Source: Protoeuglena noctilucae (Eukaryota). Taken from it: a stretch of 64,000 bases of DNA. The first letter of the stretch is position 1; each line of letters begins with the position of its first letter. Below, in pieces: positions 13,673 to 24,711 of the stretch. The notes beneath the pieces are model-generated. The model was not told where the DNA came from and ran no database searches. It worked only from the letters and a program-made list of their open reading frames with translations. The position numbers were made by a program, and so were the translations under genes. The stretch covers positions 434,001 through 498,000 of the forward strand of contig OY253686.1 of the NCBI GenBank assembly GCA_958009085.1, written 5' to 3'.

Positions 13673-14436
13673 ATGAGGCCAGTCCGGCACGCGTACGAGG
13701 AGCTCGGTCCCGCCGGTTTCTACGAGCTGCACGGCGCGACCTACCGCAACCCCCACGAGGCAGCCATTCGCGGGATATTGCGAGAGCTTGTTGCGGAGAG
13801 CAAGATCTGCCTTGCAAGCGTGTACGACCTCGCTTGCGGGAGCGGGGAGGTCACGCTGGCCCTCAGGTGCCCGCGCCTCGTTCACTGGAGAGAGAAGCAG
13901 CAGTGAGACACTGACAGCCGCTGCTTCCGTGCCATGTGGAGAACCTTCAAGAACCCCTTCCCCTTCTCCCGTGCCTTTCAGGGAATTTGGCTGCACGACG
14001 GTCGCGGGGTGCGACCCGTACACCGCGGTGGCCTACCAGGAGCGCACGGGGCTGGTGGCGGAGCCGCACAGCTTCGAGGACGTGGCTGCCGGAGCGCTGG
14101 CCGGTCGAAACTTCACGCTGGTGGTCTGCTCGTTCGCGCTCCACCTGCTTGACGAGTCCTGGCTGCCTGCCCTGGCGACCCAGCTCGCCCTCGTCAGCGA
14201 CGCTCTCTTGATATTGACTCCCCACAAGGTGCGGCTGTCGCCGGCCATACGGGGTCGGCGCCATGCGATGCAAACTCGTCATCGGCAGAGCTCACGAGCC
14301 AAGCCACGCTCGCCCTGCCCCACAGAGGCCGCACATAAGGCCCGAGTGGGGCTGGCAGCTCGTAGAGGAGCGGACGGGGAACGACGGGCGGGAGCGGGTG
14401 CGGGCCCGGCTCTACCGAAGCGAGATGAGGGGCTGA
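13673..14436 (+). CDS. Class I SAM-dependent methyltransferase (3 exons)
   Basis: MRPVRHAYEELG...YRNPHE...VYDLACGSGEVTLALR|EFG...GCDPYT...LVVCSFALHLL...ILTPHK|RPHIRPEWGW...RVRARLYRSEMRG*. Motif I is DLACGSG. Confidence 0.85.
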
Positions 14437-14474
14437 CGACAACCATGGGCGCCCAAACACGTACAGCTACTAGC

Positions 14475-17400
14475 CTATCCTAACGCTAGCTGATACAACG
14501 ACGGGAGCGCAGCGGCACACGTGGTGCTGGCTCGTAGAGTGAAGTCTTGGGAAAAGATGAGAGGGCCAGCGTCTATATGTCGGCCCGGTGTTAGCCGGTG
14601 TTGTGCATGGAACAGGGCCAAACAGCCCTTATGGGAACGCCCCCTCACGCATGCCGTGATCCCCGCTCTCCTCCTCGCTCTGCCTGCGCCAGTAGTGCCT
14701 CTCCAGCTCCCAGTCGTAGTTGGTGTACCCGGGGTGCGGCGACTGCAGGCCACGAGCCAGCAGGTCCTCCCAGGCGCCATCGCCATCGACACGCGACCCG
14801 CCCTCCCTCGCGCTCTGGGCCGTCGGGATGACGCTGGCCAAGGTCCAGTCGTCGTAGCCGATCAAATCGTCTTGGATATTGGCGGGGGACAGCGCCTCGT
14901 GGAACTGGCGACGCGTCAGGCGCCAGTCTCCCGATGCGTCAGACCCCACCTCCCTGCGGGTGGCAGAGCACGTGTGGGTGCTTCTGGCGGGCAGGGAGGG
15001 TCTTGAGGAGGGTAACCTGTTCGTCTATTCGTCCCTCGCTACCCTCCTCACCGCAGCATGCATCGCACCCACCCCACCCTCCCCACCCCACATCAACCCT
15101 CCTCACCCCCACCCCTTCCTCACCGCAGCATGTCCCGCGCCCGCTCCAACAGCGACCTCTCCCCGCCCTCCCCCTCGTGCTCCCACCCGAGCTCGTCAAA
15201 GTGAGAGTTGCCCGCCCCCGTCCGCTGCAGCATGCTGGCCATGACCGAGACCACCTTGTCGCAAGTAATGGTGCCGTTCTTATTCGCGTCCAGAATGGCG
15301 AACGCCCGGTCCACGTACACCTCCCACAGCTCCGAGCGGATGACCTGCGGATAAGCAGAAACCAAAACAAAGCTCTTACTCCCACGACCCCCCCCCTCTC
15401 TAACTCGCATCCGCGGCAGTCCAGGTCCATATCCATGCATCGCTGCGCCGCGCGCGTCGCTTGTCGATTCGCGCCCCCCATGGCACCACCCTAACCTTGT
15501 CCCAGTCGAGCAGGCACACGTGGAGCTCCGTCTCGGTGAGGACGTTGTCCTCGTTGACGTCGAGCCTTTGCATGAGATGGCTGCACTCGGGCACCGAGAC
15601 GTTGTACCCCAGGTGCCCCAGGAAGCGCTGCAACTGGTGCGCGTCCATCGCCACCGCGCACCCCTCCGCGGCCGCATGCGCCCCCTTGCTAGCCGGCGCG
15701 AACGCGGCCGCGTCCGCGGCGCCGACCGCGATCGCCACCCCGCGCGCGAGGCTGGGGCCGGCAGGGCGAGCCTTGGCGGGGGCAGACGCCGATGTCGGGG
15801 GCGACCCGCCGGGCTCCACCCAGCTCTCCGCCGTCTCGTCCCAGGTGACGAGGATTTCGTCGGCGCTGGCGAATTTCTTCAAAGCCGACTCGCTGCCCTT
15901 GTCCCACGGCCGCTCCTCCTGGGCGATGAGGTGCAGCACGAGCTGGAGCAGGCGCGACTGCGTGGCGAACCGCTGCATGCGCTGCAGCACCGTGCCCTGC
16001 AGGTGCATCGCCTCCTTGCTCGCCAGCGCCGTCTGCGGGGTGGCATGGGCGGAAGACAAATCGCGTCACGCACGCACGCTCTGCCAGGTGTGAGGGCAAT
16101 GCGCTCCCCGTTGCGTCACAGCACGTCCCTCCGCCCGTCGCGCCGCAGCACGTTCCTCGGCCCCAAGCAATCCAGCCCCGCCGCACCTGCGCCTCCTCGT
16201 GGGTCTTGATCCACGGGTGCTGCAGCGCCTCTGCGGCCGTGATGCGCCGCTCGGGTTCCCGCATCAGCAGGCGCGAGAGCAGGTCGGTGGCCTCCGCGGA
16301 CACCCCGTGCCTGGCCCGCCACTCCGGGCCCAGGTCAATGGGGTTCAGGAGGATGTCCGTCACGATCTGCTTCTTGTCCAGCGTCGTGCCGGGCTCCCAA
16401 AAGGGCGTCCGCTTGGTTAGGAGCTCGTACATGGTCACGCCCAGGCTCCACAGGTCGCACTCCATCCCATATTCCTGCGACGGGGCCGGCGCAGCTAGAC
16501 GCAACTGTAACGCCCACGCTTCGCAACCCCGAAACTCACGTCAGAGCCTCCATGCCCGGGCCACCATGCCCGGATGGCAACTGGCACAACGGGCGCCACT
16601 GTTCACCCCATGCGCGGCCCGTCACGCGCCATCCCGCACCTTGAGGAGAACTTCGGGTGCCATGTACAGGAGTGTGCCCGTCTTGCCCCTGAGCTTCTCG
16701 TTCCCCGGCTTCCACCGCACGGCCAGTCCCAAGTCCGACGCTTTCATCGGCGAGTGCTCGTCGCGAGTGAGGAAGAGGAAGTTGCTGGGCTTGACGTCCC
16801 GGTAGACGATACCCTTGCAGTGGCACTGCTGTAGGAAACGCAGGATGCTCCGCACGGCCTCTCGCGTCCGCTCCTCGCCCAGGCCGCTGGCGGTACGGTC
16901 CAGGCGCTGCGCCAGGGACCCGCCCCCGCAGACATCCTGGATGAGGTACAGGTTCGCCTTATCCTCGTACACGTCGCGGAGGTACACCGTGTCGAGAGAG
17001 ACGCCCAGCTGCTGCATGCAGAGCACCTGCGCACAGAGCCAGAGCCGGAGTCCAGTTGAGGCTCGGGCCCGTTGCGTGCGTGCGGGCACATGCGTCGCAA
17101 CAAGGCCCGCGCGGCGCACCTCGTTGCGAAGCTTCTCGAGGTAGGCGCGGCTGCAGAGACCGCCTTTGAGGACCTTGGGAATCGCTTTGCATGCGTACCA
17201 CAGGGACTCCTTCTTCGACCGAACCAAACGCACCGTGCCGAAGCCTCCCTTGCCAATGCGTGGGCCCATCTCTGCATGAAGGATGATAATCTACCTAACG
17301 CGCGCACTCTCGACAGGAATCTCGGCCGCCACGCACCGCAAGGCTCCGATAGTTGTGCAACCGGCGGCAGGGGCCCGTTCGCTCACCGTAGTCGTCGTGC

Positions 17401-17781
17401 AAGCGCGACCTGTTGTAGCCGAAATAGTTATCGACTTCCCGAGGGGAGATGTCTCGGTACTCGGCCGCTCGCCTTCGGGAACACGGCAAAACAGCCGTGC
17501 TCAGGTGTCTCGGTTAGTTGTGCGCTCCCGCGGCCCCTGCAGACCCGCGCATCGCAACTGCGCGCTCACCGCTCCTCAGTCATCCAGTCCCATCTCGAGT
17601 CTGCGTCGTGGGTGCTGTCCAGATGGCTGGGCAGGTCCTGGAAGGGAAGCGAGGATCCCTGGGGTAGTCCGGCGCGCTTGGGATCCCGGGTTGGGCCGGG
17701 GAACTGAGCATGGGCCCTGACCGCCCGCGAGGCCAGCGGGCGAGGCGTCGCCGCCTGCAGGGAGCAAGTTAGGCCAGCCAT
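14475..17781 (-). CDS. Calcium-dependent protein kinase-like (kinase plus EF-hands)
   Basis: IGKGGFGTV, YACKAIPK, YRDVKPSNFLF, SDLGLA, GTLLYMAPE, DLWSLGV, junction LQRMQRFATQSRL, EF loop DVNEDNVLTETE. The last exon (end at 14629 or 14475) is uncertain. Confidence 0.88.
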
Positions 17782-18219
17782 CCCTAACGCCCAGCCCGGA
17801 CAGCCGGGTCAGGCAACGGCAGGATGCCGAACCTCAAATGCATAACACAAGAGGATGTCAGGGGTCTCCCGCCGCGCTTGTGGTCGGGGCGGAGGACTGA
17901 CATCTCCAGTCTGACCGGCAGCGCCAGGCAACGCGCCAAGAGACATCCACGGGCGCAGTCGATCGTGTGGGAGTCAGATGTACTCGCGCTGGCCTGGACG
18001 CGCCTCCCCAGGTCTTGTAGCGCTTGATCTCTCGCTCCGCATCATCCGGCGTGCTGCTTGCCTCTGCAGCCAGCGCAGGCTGCCAGTGGTGTCCCTGACT
18101 GCTTCGGTGTGGGAAGGGAGGGCTGCCTGCACGCCGCTCCCGCCGGGGGCCTCATTCGTAGCGCGGGAGTGCAAAGGTTGGGCTCCACGGTGCCCTGAGC
18201 GTGCGAGAAGGGTTCCAAC

Positions 18220-20059
18220 ATGAACGGGAGCGCGACGAAGAGGCCCGGGAAGCCACGGCAGGTGACGCGCTGGCCTCGGGGCAGGCCCCACGCCACCGGG
18301 GAGGGGCGTTTGCTTGTAGAGCAGCGTCGCGGGGATGCCGACCCGCTGCAGCCACGCAATTTCCACGTGCGTGACTCATCTGACCTTCAGGCCGCGCGCG
18401 CGGCGAAATCGGTGCCGCGCTGCGGCCGCGGCCCCTGGACCGACCCCTCCCGTCGCACCCGCCTCCCGCAGGGAGCCGCGGCGACCACGGGCCTCATGCG
18501 CGACAGGACCCAGCGCTTCATGCGCTACCGCGACTTGGCGCGTGGGCGCACCGGGCCGAAGGTGCGGCCTTTTGACGGCGGGGCCATGCTTCCCGTGGCC
18601 TCTGCGATGCCTGCCTGTCCAGACCGGCCGCGAGCAATTGAAAGTTCTGCGCGGCCCGCTGCGCCCCGCAGACTGACCGAGAGCACGAGCGCTCGAACCT
18701 CCTGGACCCGGAGGCCCAGTCTATGGCGGACGGGAGCCTGCGGACCCAGGACGGGGCCGGCGTGTCGGGCCGGTCTCCTGAGTGGACGGCCCTGAGCCAG
18801 AAGATCCAGGCCGACCTCGGCATCCTGACGGGGAAGATCAAGTGAGCGAAGCGCCGGGTCCCCGATCCTCGCATCGTCGTTGCGGCGATCGCCTTTGCTG
18901 CAAAAGGTTGTGGCGTGGGCTTGGATTTCAGCTGCGTCGTCCTCGCAGGGAGCTGGAGTCGCTGCACCAGAAGACCACGCTCACGCGCTTCTCTGACATC
19001 AGCCAGGAAGAGCAGATGGTCGAGGTGGTGGCTCAGGAGGCGACGGCGATCGTGATCCGGTGAGACCGCCTCTCTCAGGAGCAGCTAAGCGTCGTTCCCG
19101 ACGACCTCCAGCTCCTTCCATAGGTAAACGTGCACCCTCTCTCCTTCCGTCTCGCAGCTGCAAGAAGGGACTCGACCGCCTGGCCCGTCCCTTGCCGGGG
19201 GAGCACCCGTCCGAGGCCAAGGTCCGGGAGAACGCACGCCGGCGGCTGGCCCTGCAGCTGCAGGACCTGGTGGTCAAGCAGCGGTCCGCGCAGAAGCGAT
19301 ACTTGCAGAAGATGAAGGAGAAGCAGGGAGGAGGGCAGCGGTCAGCTGTGTTCGATTTCCTTGACAGGGAGATGGGGGCCGCGGGGGGCGCCAACGGTGC
19401 TGACATCGACACGGGATTCAACGCCGTGCAGCTGCAGGTGCGAAGCGCGAGGGGCTCGCCTCGTGTGCGTTTACGTGTGACTGGGGCAGGGCGGGGTGCA
19501 TGAGCCGCGGCGCATCAGTGCCGGCCGCGCCTGCGACCCTTCGCCCCTCGCGTGTCGCAAACCCGCAGAGGCTGCAGCAGTCTGAGGTCGGCGTGGACCA
19601 GCGGGAGAAGGAGGTGATGGGGCTGATGCAGAGCATCAACGACCTGATGGACATCATGCACGACCTGTCGGTGCTTGTGATTGACCAGGGGACCATGCTG
19701 GACCGCATCGAGTTCAACGTGCAGAAGGTCGCCATGACGGTGAGCGGCGATGGGCTAGGGGCAGTGGGTGGCAAGTGTGCGGCGCGTCAAGCGGCGCTTT
19801 GTGCGCGGCGACGCGCGCAGCGCCGGCCAGGGTGTCGTCGTTAGTATAATCAAGCCTTTCGCCGCGTGAGCTGACGCCAGCCTAGTTATGACATACACCC
19901 AATGTGCGTCTGGCTGCGCAGGTGGAGAGCGGGGTGATGGAGATTGAAAAGGCAGAGAAGATCCAGCGCGGCTCGCGGAACTGGCTCATCATCGGCGTCC
20001 TGGTCGTCATGATTCTTATCATGATAATCGTCGTCATTATCAAGTTCAGCCTCCGCTGA
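18220..20059 (+). CDS. Qa-SNARE syntaxin, SYP4/Tlg2/STX16 family (7 exons)
   Basis: N-peptide MRDRTQRFMRYR, Habc region, SNARE motif REKEVMGLMQSINDLMDIMHDLSVLVIDQGTMLDRIEFNV, and C-terminal TM WLIIGVLVVMILIMIIVVIIKF. All six introns are GT-AG. Confidence 0.93.
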
Positions 20060-20108
20060 GCCCGCACGGATGGGTGTCCTCCCAGCGCGCTTTGAACGAA
20101 CCGATGTG

Positions 20109-20977
20109 TCATAGCTTGGACCGTGGTGGCGGGGCGCCCTGGCCCTCTCCTGCGAGCACTTGCTCGGGGATGCCCAACAGCTGCGCCTGCAGGGCCTTGA
20201 CGCGCCCCAGCTCCTCCCTTGCGTAGTCAATCAGGTCGTCCGGGAACGGGATCTGAGAGAAGGCCTCCACGTTGCCCCTGCCCCACTCCTTAAGCATCAC
20301 CCTGCGAAGGCAGCGCGCCTCGCAGGTTTTGAGGAAACGCAGTTGACGCTATTGCACGCTATTGCACGTCGAGCGCCCCAACCGTCGCACCTGTTGGCAG
20401 CTACGTGGGAGATGAACTGGAGGAGGATGGGATTGATCGTCGAGGAGTCCAACAGGTCGCTGTGCTTGAATATGAGCTCCGCCGCTCGCTCGTTCAGCGG
20501 CTGCAGGACCTCGACCATCCACTTCCTGCGGCTGGGTTTATAGCACTCCGTGGGCGGTCGCGGACGAACGGGAAGCCGCGCCTCGCTAACGACATTTGAT
20601 AGCATTACTTGCCGGTAGGCCTCCGCCTCGGGACCGCGAGGGTTGCTCCGGACAACGTGCGAGAAGGTGTCAGAACTGCTCGCGTGGCTATGCTGCCGCA
20701 CCATGGCCTCGAAAGCGGCCTTCGACGAGTTGACGCATGCCAGGAGAGGCCCGTAGAGAAGCCTCACTACAAGACGACGCGACAGGCTCGCTGTTATGCA
20801 TGCCGCGTGCTGCGGGGCCCCGGTGGTGCTGTTCACATCCTTGCCTTGCTGGTTCACACGCTCCAGTCGACCAGCGCGCTGCTGGACCGTCCGCTCATGC
20901 CATGTGGTGAAAGTATACCCGGCCGCAGCCATGGCAATCGCGATGAGCTCCTTGGACATGGCCCCCCCAACCCCCAT
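20109..20977 (-). CDS. Protein of unknown function with N-terminal hydrophobic segment and C-terminal SKL (PTS1)
   Basis: Spliced: MGVGGAMSKELIAIAMAAAGYTFT...RLERVNQQ|VRLLYGPLLA...EAYR|KWMVEVLQPLNERAAELIFKHSDLL...HVAANR|VMLKEW...FPDDL...PRSKL*. Introns 20767-20844 and 20526-20612 are GC-AG. Confidence 0.8.
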
Positions 20978-21567
20978 CGTCGCCCCTCTCGCGCGGTGCG
21001 GTGCCCAGGGACCCCTCTCCACGAAGGTCAATGGCCGACGGCCAGTGCGCTTGCCGGTGCGCCGCAAGCGAGTAGACACGACTGGCAGTAACGGAGGAAA
21101 GGGGGACGTCGAGCTGTAGGCCCTGAGCGGTGGACAGGGTGACCGAGGAAGCAGCGGAGTTGCACGGATAAAGCGAATTCAGGGACCTCACGGCTATCGG
21201 TATCTCAAACTGCATGAGAAGCTGCGACTCGCGTCCTCAGCTGTTTAGCGCTCGAAAACCCAGCCTGGCGTGTCGTGACACGCCGACTCGTGTCAGCCCA
21301 GCCGCTGGGGCGGCTGAGTTTCCACACAAGCAACTTCCCCGATCTACTCCAGTTCTATTATGTCCGGATCTGCTTCCACATCAACCCTGGACGCTGCGAG
21401 CGCGGTGCTCTAGCTGATTGTGTCTCTCCACGTCGAACAACAAGCCCTCTGTCCTCGCTCTGGGGGATCAGGACCTGCTGACGTACGTTTGACTTGCAAA
21501 TTGCACGGGGAAAGGCAACGGAGGCGTCCTCGCTGGGCGTGAACGCGCGCGCAGGGCACCGGTGGCC

Positions 21568-22227
21568 ATGGCCAGGCTAGATGCTCTGAGGGCGGCCGCG
21601 AGCGCCGCGGGCGCCGCGTCGAAGATCACGGGAGCGAGCTTATCCTCTGAAGGTAACGAATCTCTGCCGTGGAGGCGTTGATGGTGGCAGCAGCGAGCGG
21701 GAGACCCCAGCCACTTCGCGACACGTGCGCCCGGGTTCGCTCGCGCTTGCAGGTCCCTTGCTGCTGAGCCGAGTGTCGGAGATGTCCCCGGGGCCCGCAA
21801 GCAGCTGCTGGCGCCCTCGGCCCTGGGATCAAGCGCGAGGGATGGCGGGGGAGACCCGCACGCGGGAGCGAGGTGGGGAGGCCATCCCAGTCGGCGCTTT
21901 GGCCTTTTGTGCTGCAGAATGTCAGGTTCACAGTCCTGAGTTACTCACATGCGTTCTTCCCGCGGTCTTGCAGGCGTGGTGGCGTCGCGCCGGCAGCAGA
22001 CAGAGATTACGGACAAGGTGCCGCTGGGCTTCAAGCCCGTGACCCCGGCCCAAGCGGGGGGCTCCCTTCTCATCGCCCTGTTCGGCGTTGGCGTCGCGGG
22101 GAGCGCCATTTACGTTCTCGTAAGTGAGCAGATGCGGCCGCAGGAGGACCGGGTCTACGGTCGTCGGGAGTACCGACCTGAGAACCAGCCGGGGCGCGTC
22201 GGGTCGTCCTATCCCCCCAAGCTTTGA
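21568..22227 (+). CDS. TIM21-like mitochondrial membrane protein, C-terminally short (3 exons)
   Basis: Presequence-like N-terminus, then EITDKVPLGFKPVTPAQAGGSLLIALFGVGVAGSAIYVLVSEQMRPQE. This resembles, from recall, the plant/algal TIM21 pre-TM and TM motif (IPxKPVT...Y...G.GVA..A.Y.V.KEL...PKE). Confidence 0.55.
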
Positions 22228-22349
22228 TGTCTAGATAGCGTCGAGTTCCCAACGCATCGTTTAACACAGGCTTTTCAGCTGCCGATGCCAATACTGCCCC
22301 AATCCTGCCCCCGTCTGCTTCAAGCCTCCACCAGGTCCCAGCCCATCCA

Positions 22350-23751
22350 CTACTTGTCATATCCAAAGACCTGGGCGGGCCTCGCCGCGCCGCCGTCCTC
22401 GAAGCCCCGGAAGAGCTCCCCGGCCCAGTCGGGCTTGCACACGCGCCCCTCCTCGCCCGCGTCCAGGGCGTCCAGCCGCGCCTTCTGTGCCACCGTGAGC
22501 CGCCAGTCGGCCCAGCCGGCGAAGTTCTCCTCCAGATGCGCCCGCGACGACGCCTTGGGAATGACGGGGACGCCGCGCTGCGTGTTCCACTTAAGCACCA
22601 CCTGCATCGAGCACACGGTATTTTGCCACACCTCACGACACGCGCACCGCACCCGCACAGGGGTGGTGGCAACCGCGAGAAGGGCGCTTGGCAAGGAGCG
22701 GAGCCCCGCAGACCGCAGCCTCGCCTGCGCCGGGGTTCGTCCGACCTCCTTGGCCACCGCATCCACCACCTCGTTGTTGACCAACATCTTGCCCTGCCCC
22801 AGCGGGGAGTACGCCACGCACTGCACCCCCCGGCGTAGGCAGACGCCCACCATCTTGCGCATGGGCAGACGGGGGTGCAGCTCCACCTGGTTCACAACGG
22901 GCGGGATGCGTGCCGCTGCCAGGACCTCCTCCACCTGACAGGCACAAGGACGGGCGGCACGCCTGTCAGCCATGACTGACGGGGAAAAACAAACCCGTTT
23001 GCATTCCATTTATGTGCATTCCTATGTGCCGTCCTCTCCTCTCTCCCACCCTTGCACAGTCGACATCCAGGCATCGAGTCTGGACCTCACCTGCCGGACG
23101 GAGAAGTTGCTGACCCCGATGTTTCTGACGAGCCCCGCATCGACGAGCTCCTCCATGGCCCGCCACGTGGCAAGCAGATCCGCGTCCGTCACTTCGCTGG
23201 TGCCAGGCTTGAAGGCGATCGGCCAGTGGACCAGGTACAGGTCCAAGTACCCGCACCCTGCGCAGTCGCAAAGCGGGTCACGGTCGCCCAAGAAGTGCGC
23301 AGCATAGTGCGGCCTCGTTAAAGAAGTTACAATTAGCCGCACGCAGTTTGCGTAACTCAACGCTCTCACCGAGGTCCTTCAGCGTTTTCTCGCAAGCCGC
23401 CCGCACGGCGCCCGGAGCGTGGCAGTCGTTCCAAAGCTTGGACGTGAGGAACAGCTCGGCGCGGCGGCCCTGGTCGATGAAGGGGCGGATGGCCTGCCCC
23501 ACGACGTGCTCGTTGCCGTAGATGGCTGCGCAGTCGAGGTGGCGGTAGCCGATGTCCAGCGCGTCAACGACCGTCTTTGCGTCGCTCACGCCGTACGTCC
23601 CCAGGCCCACCATCGGCATCTTGGCGCCGCCCCTGCGATGACGGGAGGTGGGGCGTCCACAATGCAGTGCTTTCCGGGTGAGGTAGGGTCCGCAGCCCCA
23701 ACGGCAGAGGCAGACTCACCGGAGGTGGGCGTGCGTGGGCTCGCGCGTCAT
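22350..23751 (-). CDS. Aldo-keto reductase (5 exons)
   Basis: [69 protein letters not shown]. The D/Y/K/H tetrad is present. Confidence 0.96.
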
Positions 23752-24711
23752 GGGCGTGGGCTTGTTCGCGTCGCCGTCCGTGCAGTAGGTCGGACCCGCC
23801 GCACCGCGGTACCCGGCGGGCGCAGGCCCGGCCCAGGTGCCCGTGCCTCGGTTGTGGTAGTCGCTGGACGGGTGCACCGCGCCAACTGACCCCTGGTGTC
23901 CCCTGCGAGCGAAATAAGGGGATCTTGTTCACGCGCGGCGATAAGCATGCATCCTACGGCGCTCTCGATGCGCTTCCCCGCTACATCGAGCTCCTGAGCG
24001 GCGCGGGCAAGGCGCGATGCTGTCGTGTGGCTGCCGGTTGCCGCCGCCGCGCAGGGCTCACCCGGAGTGCTCCGCGCGGGTCGCCTCCTTGGACTTATGC
24101 GATGCTTCGGCGTCCCCTGGCGCGGAATCATTCGTCCTCCAGTCCCCGTAGGTGGGCCTGCGAGGGAGAGGAGTCGTGCCGGGTGCTAGGCGCCATCAGG
24201 AGACTATCCGGGCTACTATCCAGGCAAAGAAGCACACCATGTCCGTGTCTGTAGCCGTTTATATGCACAGCGAGAAGCTAATAGCTCTGCTGGAGGAGCT
24301 GGAGCAGCTCACCCGCTGCGCTGGAACCCCGGCGCGTATGGGAGGTGCGGAAAGGCACTCCCATACCAAGTGGGCTTCTGACACCCGTCGGAGGACATGA
24401 TGGATTCTCCCTCCGCCGCTCAGCCAGCTCTTTGTACGGAGACTGAGTCACTTCGAGGTCCGATGGCAGCCACTGCGAAGTCTGATGGAGATGTAGCGAA
24501 GGTGATGACCGCGTTGGCAAGGCGTGCTTTCCATTCTGGGCTCCAGGACAGGCGACGTGTCGCTGGCACGCTCCGTGCCAGGGCCAGCAGAGCCATCATG
24601 AGCGATCCGTCCCCTGAGGCACGACGGAGCCAGCCACTGTAACGAGAAGGTGTCGTGGGAAGGCCGCGCTGTCCTGTACACGGCAGGAATTTTGTGTTAG
24701 TGGAGGGGAAG

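Noticed and set aside
23900..24642. Possible extra small gene on + (…SEKLIALLEELEQL…)
   Set aside because: Some exon-like pieces and a possible GC donor, but no convincing start codon, complete splice path or recognisable motif.
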